From Chiloscyllium plagiosum (Eukaryota): DNA of 33,135 bases. Shown piece by piece: positions 11,041 through 22,005 of this stretch. The stretch lies in the NCBI RefSeq assembly GCF_004010195.1, contig NC_057718.1, forward strand, positions 81,565,718-81,598,852, in the 5' to 3' direction. Within the stretch, counting starts at the first letter, position 1, and every line of letters begins with the position of its first letter. Under the pieces are notes generated by a model that saw only the letters and a list, made by a program, of their open reading frames with translations, had not been told where the DNA came from and did no database searches. A program made the translations under genes and the position numbers.

Positions 11041-11761
11041 TGTTACGATACAGCCGTGGACCCTTCTGCTAATTTAAACCAAACACACAGAAAAACTCAC
11101 CTCGCCTTGTAATCTGTTAAAGTATGAGTGATAGAGAACTACCCAAATTCCACTATTTAAAAAAAAAAATTATTCTTTAACTCCAAAAGAGAACATTAAA
11201 CAACAACTATCTACAACTGTTAGCCTCCTTTCTCTTAGAATTTGTCATCTACCTCCCACTCTATAACAATATATTGATCCAATAAAGCCCCTATAAAATT
11301 TACAGCAAATCAATTTTCAAAACCAGTTGTCATCTTTCTCTGTCTGTAGGTGTCTTTGGTCTTCTGCTGCAAAGATGTTTCATATGGAAAAGATACCTCT
11401 CAGAGAGGGGGTCTGCAGGCACCTTATCAATGGCAGTAAGTGTTCTTTGTTTTGAGCTAACTGTCCAAAATGTCTGCTTTTTATACCTCAAAACTTCAGA
11501 TCGTCTCATTGGTTTGATGTTGTCAAAACAGTAAAATTAAAATTCAATTGGGATTTGGTATCTTGGGGCATAATTTAAGTTGATTGGTTGAATTCGAGTT
11601 GTTGTAAAAACAACTCATTATCTGAGTTACAGCTCAAATGTTACATTTCAAAATTGTCCAGTCGACTTTGTGCCTGCAGTCAGTCACATGACAGGTGCTT
11701 GCCAGCTTTTCAACTTTCACTCTCCCTTAAATATATAGTACACACCTTCAACTCCACAACA
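11041..11761 (-). mobile_element. Probable solo LTR
   Basis: Termini TGTTA...CAACA. The minus strand has CCAAT (11583-11587, 11508-11512) upstream of TATAAAAA (11478-11485). Flanks ACCT/ATTT could be a decayed 4-bp TSD. Confidence 0.6.
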
Positions 11762-13422
11762 ATTTGACTTGTATTTTTGGAGTGTAAGTTAATGGGTGCA
11801 TAAGGAAAATGGAATTAAAATGATTAATTTGGAATATGATTGATTGTGTTGGCTGTACTTAAATTTTTTTAATGTAACTTACTATATAAAATGAAGTGAA
11901 TTTATTCGGATTCATGTTCTTTGATTTTTGGTATAATAAACTTTCTTTTTTAAACTGTCACTAATTTCTTTCAGTAAATATCTGGGTATCCCCTTTCTAG
12001 AATATGAACACATGTCTTTCGGTAAGGCGACTATCCAAAAATACAAAATGGAACTTTATTTCATTCTTGTTCATGCTCAATACTCATTCAGTTTTATGTA
12101 CTCCTGTAGTCAGCACATAACGTCTCATCAAACATCTCATATTTGACGCTAGTATAAAATGACAACAGCTTTGAAATAAATAATCAAAATTGCAAAGGAT
12201 TGTCCTCTGTTCATTTGTCTTCTACCTGCCTTGTCACCTTCAATATGTCTCTCTGTTGTCAGTTTGTGGGAGGCAATCCATTCTGAACAACCTTTCAAGT
12301 TTAGCGAAGATGCCCTGTGTGAATATCATTAATGAACAAACTATTTAGGACAAACAAAGAGACTCTGATTTTTAAAACACACCTTAATTTGAATGTGGAT
12401 TAAGTACATAAAATGTCAACCTGCTCTGAGCTAAAGTTCAATGTTGAAAAATATGCTTGCTCTGACTATGGCAATTAGGGGGAAAAAAATCACAAAGTGT
12501 TGAGTTTAATGTTCGGCCACAACAGGCAGCAGTTCCCCACAAGAAGGGAAGGAAAGTAAGATGCTTCGGGCAACACTTTTGCAGAGGCAAACCAAAATTG
12601 GAAGCCATTGAAAATAGTGGATGTGAAGTCCTGCTGGAGTTTCCAGTAGATCCCATTTACACCAGTGCAGTAAGGGGCAGGGTGTGCATCACATAGTTAG
12701 GAGACTGGAAACAGCAGAGACAGTTGAAATTAGCACTAAATTCAAACAGACCCCACTTTTACTGTTCCAAGGGTTTTGACGTAAAATGTGGGAGCCATGA
12801 TTTTAAGGATGAGGCATAAATTCTTTTGAATGCTGAAAAAATGGGGTGAGGGAGTGTGGAAGTCTGCTACAGCTTTCACTTTGAGTGAAGAAAAAGCAAG
12901 ACATCTGCTTTTGGAGTACATTAATTGACAACGGAGTAGCTCTAAAACATAGTGCCATCTGTTCCTTCTATTTCAACTGACACCACTTTTGATATTTCCC
13001 ATAGGCTTTTATCATAGTAAAGCAAATTAAAACCTCTTGGCTGAGTTTCAAAAAGTCCAAAGTAACTTGCCTCAACAGGGAGGGTTCATTCACATTTTGA
13101 TTGACTGTTTTAGTCGTTATTAAAGTATTAGATGCCTTCAATGTTTTAAGTGGGTAAATGTTTCTTTGTTTTACAACAGGTTGACTGGAGAAGGTGGATT
13201 CAAATTCATGATAAGTTTCATGACGTAGTTGTTTTTCAGTGTCAAATGTGTAATGAAAGCTCTCTTAGATTGTTAGTTTTTTTAAAAAAAAGTCATTTCT
13301 ACATGGGTCCTGAGGTTTCTCCGTTGTGGATACTGGATAAGTGGACATGGAGGAGGCAATAGGTTATGAGGGCATGCTGTGACATGGCATAGAAGGTAGT
13401 ATGGAGACACAAGGTGAAATAG

Positions 13423-14368
13423 GGTCATAGAGATGTATGGCACGGAAACAGACCCTTCAATTCAACTCGTCCATGCTGACCAGATATCTTAAATTAATCT
13501 CGTCCCATTTGCCAGCACGTAGACCATATCCCTCTAAATCCTTCCTATTCATGTACCCATCCAGATGTCTTTTAAATGTTGTAATTGTACCAGTCTCCAC
13601 CACTTCCTCTGGCAGCTTAATCCATACATGCACCACCTTTTGCATGAAAATGTTGCTCCTTAGGTCCCTTTTAAATCTTTCCCCTCTCACCTAAACATAT
13701 GCCCTAGCACTGGACTCCCCTAACCCAGGGAAAAGATCTTGTTTATTTACCCTATCCATGCCCCTCATGATTTTATAAACCTCTATAAGGAAACCCCTCA
13801 GCCTCCGAAGTTCCAGGGAAAACAGCCCCAGACTATTCAGCCTCTCCCTATAACTCAAACCCTCTAACCCTGGCAACAGCCTTATAAATCCTTTTTGAAT
13901 CCTTTCAAGTTTCACAACATCCTTCCTATAGGAGAGAGACCAGAATTGCACACAATATTCCAAAAGTGGCCTAACCAATGTCCTGTAGCAACATGATCTC
14001 CCAACACCTTTACTCAATGCTCTGACAAAAAGAGGAAAGCACACTAAAAGCTTTCGTCACTATTCTATCTACTTGAGACTCCACTTTCAAGGAACTATGA
14101 ACTTGCACTCCAAGGTCACTTTGTCCAGCAACACTCCCCAGGACCTTATCATTAAGTGTATAAGTACTGCACTGATTTGCCTTTCCAAAATGCAGCACCT
14201 CACATTTAGCTACATTAAACACCATCTGCCACTCCTCAGCTCATTGTCCCATCTGATCAAGATCATGTTGTACTCTGAGGTAACTTTCTTCGCAGTCCAC
14301 TAGCCTCCAATTTTGGTGTCATTTGCAAACTAACTCACCATACCTCCTATGTTTAAATCCAAATCATT
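13423..14368 (-). mobile_element. CR1/HER1 LINE copy A, 3' part
   Basis: ORFs 13457-14225: KCEVLHFG, TLVRPLLEYCVQFWS, VWIKLPEEVVETGTITTFKRHLD; CR1 3' terminus. Confidence 0.93.
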
Positions 14369-16352
14369 GAGTCATAGAGATATACAGCATGGAAACAGAC
14401 CCTTTGGTCCACGCCGACCAGATATCACAACGCAATCTAATCCCACCTGCCAGCACCCAGCCCATATCCCTCCAAACCCTTCCTATTCATTTACCCATCA
14501 AAATGCCTCTTAAATGTTGCAATTGTACCAGCCTCCACCACTTCATCTGGCAGCTCATTCCATACATGTACCACCCTCTGTGTGATAAAGTTGCCCCTTA
14601 GGTCTTTTTTATATCTTTCCCCTCTCACCCTAAACCTATTCCCTCTAGTTCTGGACTCCCCGACCCCAGGGAAAATACTTTGCCTATTTACCATATCCAT
14701 GTCCCTCATAATTTTGTAAACCTCTGTAAGGTCACTGCTCAGCCTCCAAAGCTCCAGGGAAAACAGTTACCAGCTTCTTCAACCTCTCCCTATAGCTCAA
14801 ATCCTCCAACCCTGGCAACATCCTTGTAAATCTTTTCTGAACCCTTTCAAGTTTCACAACATCTTTCCGATAGGAAGGAGACCAGAATTGCATGCAATAT
14901 TCCAACAGTGGCCTAACTAATGTTCTGTACAGCTGCAAACATGACCTCCCAACTCGTGTACTCAATATTCTGACCAATAAAAGAATACATACTAAACACC
15001 TTCTTCACTATCCTATCTACCTGTGACTCCACTTTCAAGGAATTATAAACCTGCACTCCAAGGTCTCTTTGTTCAGCAACACTCCCTAGGACCTTACCAT
15101 TAAGTGTATACGTCCTGCTAAGATTTGCTTTCCCAAAATGCAGCACCTCGCATTTATCTGAATTAAACTCCATCTGCCACTTCTCAGCCCATTGGCCCAT
15201 CTGGTCAAGATCCTGTTGTTATCTGAGATAACCCTCTTTGCTGTCCACTACACCTCCAATTTTGGTGTCATCTGCAAACTTACTAACTGTACCTCTTATG
15301 CTCGCATCCAAATCAATTATGTAAAAGTAGAGGACCCAGCACCAATCCTTGCAGCACTCCACTGGTCACAGGCCTCCCGTCTGAAAAACAACCCTCCACC
15401 ACCACCCTCTGTCTTCTACCTTTGAGCCAGTTCTGTATCCAAATGGCTAGTTCTCCCTGTATTCCAAGAAATCTAAGTTTGCTAATCAGTCTCTCATGGG
15501 GAACCTTGTCGAACGCCTTACTAAAGTCCATATAGATCACATTTACCGCTCTGCCCTCATCAATCCTCTTTGTTACTTCTTCAAAAAACTCAATCAAGTT
15601 TGTGAGACATGATTTCCCATGTACAAAGCCATGTTGACTATCCCTAATCAGTCCTTGCCTTTCTAAATACATGTACATCCTGTCCCTCAGGATTCCCTCC
15701 AACACCGTGGGCGGCACGGTGGCACAGTGGTTAGCACTGCTGCCTCACAGCGCCAGAGACCCGGGTTCAATTCCCGCCTCAGGCGACTGACTGTGTGGAG
15801 TTTGCACGTTCTCCCTGTGTCTGCGTGGGTTTCCTCTGGGTGCTCCGGTTTCCTCCCACAGTCCAAAGATGTGCACGGCCAGGTGAATTGGCCATACTAA
15901 ATTGCCCGTAGTGTTAGGTAAGGGGTAAATGTAGGGGTATGGGTGGGTTTCGCTTCGGCGGGTCGGTGTGGACATGTTGGGCCGAAGGGCCTGTTTCCAC
16001 ACTGTAATGTAATCTAAAAAAAAACTTGCCCACCACCAAGGTCAGACTCACTGGTCTATAGTTCCCTGGCTTGTCCTTACCACCCCTCTTAAACAGTGGC
16101 ACCATGTTTGCCAACCTCCAGTCTTCCGGCACCTCACCTGTGATGATCGATGATACAAATATCTCAGCAAGAGGCCCAGCAATCCCTCTCTAGCTTCCCA
16201 CAGAGTTCTCGGGTACATCTGATTAGGGGCTGGGGATTTATCCACCTTTACTCATTTCAAGACATCCAGCATTCCCTCCTCTGTAATCTGGACATTTTGC
16301 AAGATGTCACCATCTATTTCCTGACAGTCTATATTTTCCATATCCTTTTCCA
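14369..16352 (-). mobile_element. CR1/HER1 LINE copy B nested in copy A
   Basis: PEDWRLANMVPLFK..NYRPVSLT, QHGF..KSCLTNL, YMDFSKAFDKVPH, SGVLQGLVLGP; possible 4-bp TSD CATT (14365-14368 and 16353-16356). Confidence 0.93.
15705..16023 (+). mobile_element. Young HE1-like V-SINE nested in CR1 copy B
   Basis: Intact A and B boxes, CpG-rich, A tail. It splits CCCTCCAACA|ACTTGCC, which is contiguous in copy A near 16725-16740. Confidence 0.95.
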
Positions 16353-16965
16353 CATTTATACAAATGACGAAAAATACTAATCCATGTGGCACAGCATTGG
16401 TCACAGGCCTCAGTCTGAAAAGCAACCCTTCACCAGCAACCTTTGTCTCTTACCTGCAAGCCAGTTATGCATTTGAATGGATAGTTCTCCCTGTATTCTA
16501 TGTGAGCTTGCTACCCAATCTATCATGAGGAACCTTGTCGAATGCCTTACTAAAGTCCATATAGATCACATCCACCGTTCTGCCCTTATCAAGCCTCTTT
16601 GTTAGCTCTTCAAAAACCTCAATCAAGTTCGTGAGACATGGTTTCCCACGCACAAAGCCATGTTGACTATCCCTAATCAGTCATTGCCTTCCAAATACAT
16701 GTCAATCATGTCCCTCAGGATTCCCTCCAACAACTTGCCTGCCACTGATATCAGGCTCACCGGTCTATAGTTCCCTGGTTTTTCCTTATCACCTTTCTTA
16801 AATAGTGGCTAGAAACTCCAGTCTTCCAGCACCTCACCTGTGGCTATCGATGATCCAAAAGTCTCAGCAAGGGGCCCAGCAATCTAGGATTCTAAGGTAC
16901 ACCTGATGACATCCCAGGGATTTATCCATCTTTGTGCATTTAAGACATCCAGCATCACCACCTTT
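16353..16965 (-). mobile_element. CR1/HER1 LINE copy A, 5' part
   Basis: Resumes the RT where 14368 stops and parallels copy B at 15310-16275. Confidence 0.88.
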
Positions 16966-17276
16966 GAGATGGACAGAGAGGAAAAGTGTGGGGGGGAGGG
17001 GGTTGCTAGAGGTCTAAGTAGCCTATACAATTGTGCTAAAGACACAGATAACTAGACAGGCCTCTGAGCAGGCTGCCTCAGCAATCATCCATTTCTGTAA
17101 GTGTTTCTGAACTGCGTTTGAATGTATTGAGCTCGACTCCATTCCATCTCGTTGCCTCCAGAATGCAAATATGGTGCATACAGGCCTTTTTAAAGGTAGG
17201 TCTACTGGTTGGGAACATTACTGTTGCAACTTTCCCACGTTGATGGTGAGAATTCAGCCATAAATTTTCAGAAACT

Positions 17277-17331
17277 CTACATTCCTCATATTCTGGCATT
17301 TCATGCACCCCAGTTCCTTCTATCTCACTTT
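17277..17331 (+). repeat. 55-bp direct repeat, copy 1
   Basis: 54/55 identical to 18504-18558. Confidence 0.9.
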
Positions 17332-17414
17332 GGTGGGTATGGTTTCATCTTGCTGGACCCTCATGTATAGAATTCCCTCTTTCAATGAATTCTTTGCATT
17401 AAGATCAAATGACA

Positions 17415-17725
17415 ACATTAAATTCCTACATTTATACAGAAACTTTTATAACCTAGGACATCCCAGAGCACTTCAGTCAATGAATTGTGATTTTTGAGGT
17501 GTGGTCATTGTCATAGGGTGCTAGCTTAGAATATGTACACCTTGTGGAGGAGAGGAACAACTCACAGAAGTGATCAGCATTCAAAATACACGGAGAGTCA
17601 AGCAAATTTGCCCTGAAATCCTCAAAATACCCCAAAACATTCAATCTTTGGGTGAACAATAAGAGTAAAATTGCCACCATAAGTAGAATGGGCATAATCT
17701 CCAAGGGGCTGCTCTTCCAATCACA
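17415..17725 (-). mobile_element. Decayed SacSINE1/Deu-SINE-like 3' portion
   Basis: The reversed tail (gaccacacctcaaaaatcacaattcattgactgaagtgctctgggatgtcctagg..tataaatg) matches 29620-29705. Confidence 0.5.
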
Positions 17726-18503
17726 GGCTGGTTCTCTCCAGTGCTTGCTGCTGATAGGTTCACTGTGAGCTAATCAGCAGCAAGGTGGTAGAGAAACAAT
17801 GTGTGATTGGAGGAGCAACAGACATGGTTTGCAAATCAGATCAAAAGGAAAGAAATGAAGTGAAGAAGCTGCTGGGGAAAGGCTTCACTGGATTGGGGAG
17901 GGGGCGCAAGATGAAAGAGCCAAGAATGAGGCTGGAGTGTTGAAGTGGGGTGCTTTTGCCAGAGGTGCTAAAGCCAGGGAACTATCTGTTGGCAATTCTA
18001 TCTGCTGGGTCTATGGGGATGCAGGCACCTGCATGGGAGGTGGGGAGTAAGAAATACTTTGCAAGAGGGTGTTGGGGTGAGAGGGGCTGCTTTCAAAGCT
18101 GTTGAGGAGGTTCTGTAGCATGGGATAAAGGAGGAAACTGCAAATGGGGATTGGGTGAGGGGAAATCTGAGAGGCGGATTGGATTAGAGGCTGCTAGCAG
18201 ATATGGGGGAAGAGGGGAATTGTAAGAGAATGGAGTGAGAGCAGGCAGAGTGCAAGGTGTGGGGGGGGAGAGGGAAGCTGCAAAGTGGTTGGGGAAAAGA
18301 GGTTGGAAAAGAGAGATAACAGGTTTAAATCTGTCAACAAAGGAAACCATATCTATCTATAGTCGAGAAACCTTGAAACCTTGAGGTGATCAATTCCTTG
18401 CAAATTAATGTGGAATCACAAGTTTAAGATTGCACATGTTCAGGAGCTAACATGTAGGGGAGGGTAGTTAGAAATTTAGTATAAAAGTTATTCGAATGAA
18501 CCC

Positions 18504-18558
18504 CTACATTCCTCATATTCTGGCATTTCAAGCACCCCAGTTCCTTCTATCTCACTTT
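18504..18558 (+). repeat. 55-bp direct repeat, copy 2
   Basis: 54/55 identical to 17277-17331. Confidence 0.9.
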
Positions 18559-18861
18559 AACATGTCAATTGTTAAATTTAAATCTGAGATTAAGCTGCAA
18601 TAAAGACATTAGTAACTGTCGTCTTAAAATCTCTCAGTTTTATGCATGTGGAAATGCATTGACTGTAACTTTTGTCAGTCAGTTGTGGGGTTTTTTGGAT
18701 AATGGCCTTTTCGTGTGAAGCAACGTGCATTGGTTACTTTGAAAATAAATTTTGCTGAAAAGTTGTGCCTATTGTGCCAATGTAAATACTGCAGTGTCTA
18801 GAAAATTGTTACTTCCTTGTGTGCTGTGGCTTTAAGTTTAAATGAAAGTTGACAATTATTA

Positions 18862-19126
18862 TCTGTTCCACCCTTTTCTCCCACCTATCACTTTCACTCC
18901 CACCTTCATCTACCTATCGCATTCCCAGCTACCTTCCCCCACAAGCCCCACCCCCTCCCATTTATCTCTCAGCCCCCTTGACCCACAAACCTTATTCCAG
19001 ATGAAGGGCTTATGCCCGAAAGGTCGATTCTCCTGCTCCTCGGATACTGCCTGACTGGCTGTGCTTTTCCAGCACCAAACTCTTCAACTCTGATCTCCAG
19101 CAGCTGCAGTCCTTACTTTCTCCTAA
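18862..19126 (+). mobile_element. 265-bp PLE 3' insert with HHR, 13-bp TSD
   Basis: TSD TTGACAATTATTA at 18849-18861 and 19127-19139. The 3' end matches the insert at 6691. Confidence 0.88.
18994..19029 (+). ncRNA. Hammerhead motif with core mutations
   Basis: CAGATGA-A-GGGC-TTAT-GCCC-GAAA-GGTC; U4 is changed to A and the palindrome is broken. Confidence 0.65.
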
Positions 19127-19921
19127 TTGACAATTATTAAGGATATTGTGAGAGTTCAAAAGCCCCATACATCAATGTAAATGCCAAAGATAGTGCATCA
19201 CCTAATAAACAAGTATATAAGATTGAGAAAGGAACCCCTGAAAATCAGAAGTGTTTCCAAAAACCAGAAAGTAGCCCTCAAGAAAGTCTCAAACTGAGCC
19301 CAGGAATGTCTCACTTGCACACTGGAAGTGATGTATCATTTACAAATTCACAGTAAAATGCAGAAGTGATTGATTACTGGAATTGTCCTGAGTGCATTGT
19401 TCACAACTAGAGTTCAAGAGAAATCAACTGTGAGATGAGATTGCAGCCCTCTCAGTCATTCTGGGTTATCTCTTATGAAGACATATCAATCTATATGGTG
19501 AATCGTGTGTGGTTGGCAATGGTTTCCCTAATAGACACGGGCGAATGGCTACTGTGCTCCGTTATGACAGGGAACCTCAGGATTAATGACTGCAACCTGG
19601 TCACTGAAAGGTTATTGATATTGAGCAGCAAGTGTGGATTTTACTGCAACATCACAGGACCAGCACTCATAATAAAGCATTGCATGCCTAAATGTTGTCT
19701 TTCAACAGCTAAGCAACAGGAGCTCAGGGTTAATTTGTCGAGGTGCCCTAAAATTTTTATTGGGAATCATGTGCAAACGAAATAACTGGACCATGCGGTG
19801 AGGCCCATATCCCCCTTTTTAGTCTCGCAAAGAAAATACGACTGGGGAGAACTCTCTCACGCCTGCAGTGCAGATTGAGTAATGCTTTATTCAAACTCGT
19901 GACAAGACACCCATAACTCAC

Positions 19922-20067
19922 TGTCACCAGATTAATTGCCTCAAGCCAGGAGGTGGGGGAGAGAGGGAACAATGTGATCAGATTCCCTCTGATGCCAAAA
20001 GTAGTTAGGATTTCAAGCTGTTTCTTTTTTTCCCTTTTGTGTTTTGGAAACCTTGAAAACACAAAAG
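19922..20067 (-). CDS. Candidate exon of unidentified host gene
   Basis: Acceptor cattcacatttaatag; donor ACA|GTGAGT. Reads FVFSRFPKHKREKKKQLEILTTFGIRGNLITLFPLSPTSWLEAINLVT and is phase-compatible with 20212-20304. Confidence 0.35.
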
Positions 20068-20211
20068 CTATTAAATGTGAATGTTATTTAAAGTAGAAAT
20101 TAATTCAAATGAAACATCGAGGCACAAGAAATCAGAATTAAATTAGAATGAGGAACACATCTTGCCAAAAATATGCTTGACTTCAGGCAATCTGGAGTGC
20201 AAACAATTTAC

Positions 20212-20304
20212 TTAGCTCTGCAATAGATGGTGCATGATGTTTTAATCCTTCAAACACTTTTTTTTTCTTTCTCCAGAAATAATGGTTTTCCACTTGCATA
20301 ACAT
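20212..20304 (-). CDS. Candidate 93-nt exon of unidentified host gene
   Basis: Acceptor gcttttcttgcag; donor TAA|GTAAAT. Only the phase-1 frame is open (VMQVENHYFWRKKKKVFEGLKHHAPSIAEL). Confidence 0.3.
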
Positions 20305-20504
20305 CTGCAAGAAAAGCATTACTTGAGCATTTCTGCTGCTTGGGGTTATAGGGTAGAAATTGAGAAATGTGGAGACTCCATCGCAGTTCTGAAGTCATGC
20401 AATTCATTAACCCTTTCCTCCCTAACTGGATGTAATAATCCAGAAATGTTGCTTCACTCAAATGAGTGATTTCAGATTAAAGCACCTAAAGATTAAATGT
20501 GCTA

Positions 20505-20835
20505 ACTATAGTTTAGTGGGAAGTTTTATGAATATCTGAATCAGAAGTCTATGGCTTTATGTCCCATTGCAGAGATCAGGTTGCCCACTCCAGTGGAGTG
20601 CTGAGGGTCGCTGCCATACCAGACATATCTCTTTCAGATGAGACACCAAGCTGAAGTTCCATTTACACTCTCAAATGAACATAAAGGATCCCATAAAGCA
20701 TTATTTCATTGGAGAACAGACATCTTCTCTCCTGGCCAAAATTTATCCCTTAACAGACATCATGAAAATAACATATTTGGTTATCATTTACAGTTTGTGG
20801 GACTGCTGCTGCTTTTTCTACATTACAGTGCTAAC
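20505..20835 (+). mobile_element. Decayed SacSINE1/Deu-domain SINE
   Basis: tctttcagatgagac...taaaggatccca...cctggccaaaatttatccct...gtttgtgggac resembles the Deu domain. Confidence 0.65.
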
Positions 20836-21210
20836 AATGGGTTGGGCTTAATGTCCAGCATTAGTTGGACAACCAGTGGTAGCCCCATGTCACTTCTGTG
20901 GCCCAGTACAATTAGCCAGCATTGCCACTGGTGACAAAAAAAAACATCCTGACATTTTTGTTTTCAGCTTACAGTCTGAGTCAATTTCAGAATCCACAGG
21001 CTAGAGTTGGTCAGATTGACAACAGCTAGCTGATATTATGGGTCAATTCATAGGCAAGGGTATAGATGCTAACTTAGCTGATAGGTTTATGGAATTGCTG
21101 ATTGCTTCTGCACCCAACAGATTTTTCAGAAAAGCAATTGTAGACAAATGCACAGAATATACCATCGATGCTCTTCCAGAAGAATGCAAGTTTGAACCAA
21201 TTGCAATAGG

Positions 21211-21308
21211 GCTCGAAAGGTGCGGCACTGAAAAAGCACAGCAGGTCGGGCAGCATCCAGGGAGCAGGAGAGTCGATGTTTCAGGCTAAGCCCTTCATCA
21301 GGAATGTG
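21211..21308 (-). mobile_element. 98-bp PLE-derived HHR insert in Gypsy gag, 13-bp TSD
   Basis: TSD CAATTGCAATAGG at 21198-21210 and 21309-21321. Confidence 0.9.
21271..21305 (-). ncRNA. Minimal hammerhead ribozyme motif
   Basis: attc-CTGATGA-A-GGGC-TTA-GCCT-GAAA-CATC-gact; the differences from the consensus are mostly CpG-type changes. Confidence 0.7.
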
Positions 21309-21664
21309 CAATTGCAATAGGCCAGCAGTACCTACAAGTGCTGGACACTGAATCAATTATGGCAGCTGTCAAACAATTCAGGGAAAATCCAGATCTTGTA
21401 TTAGATGTGGCTTGTCTCACTCACGAGGACAGTATCCAATATTTTGTGACACAATGTAAGCTATGTTCCACAAGAGGATACTGGAATAAAATGTGTCGGA
21501 AGTGCATCTGCCCAGAGAAACCCGAAGTACAAGAGAATGTTCCACAGCAGTGCGTGAAGATCCAACCAAGGAAAGCTGCCAAAACTCCACCAATGACAAA
21601 TTAGCAGGTTAGTGAAATCAAAGAAGTAACCGTAATGTTTCAGCTTGCAGAACCATGGTTAATG

Positions 21665-22005
21665 AGGTGACCTGGTGGCTCATGGTTAGCACTGCTGCCT
21701 CACAGCACCAGGGACCCAGGTTCGATTCCATCCTTGGGCGACTGCCTGTGTGGAGTTTGCATGTTCTCCCCATGTCTGTGTGAATTTCTTGCAGGTGCTC
21801 CAGTTTCCTCCCACAGTCCAAAGATGTGCAGGTTGTGAGGAATGGTCATGCTAGATTGCTCATCATGTCCAGGGATTTGCATGCTGGGTGGGTTAGCAAT
21901 GGGAAACATGGGGCTATGTGGTTACGCGAGGATGTTCTTTAGAGGGTCGGTGCGGTCTTGATGGGCCAAAGGGCCTCTTTCCACATTTTAAGGAATTCTA
22001 TGAAC
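21665..22005 (+). mobile_element. Older HE1-like V-SINE inserted in Gypsy
   Basis: GGTTAGCACTGCTGCCTCACAGC, GGTTCGATTCC B box, V-domain and CR1-like tail. Confidence 0.88.
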
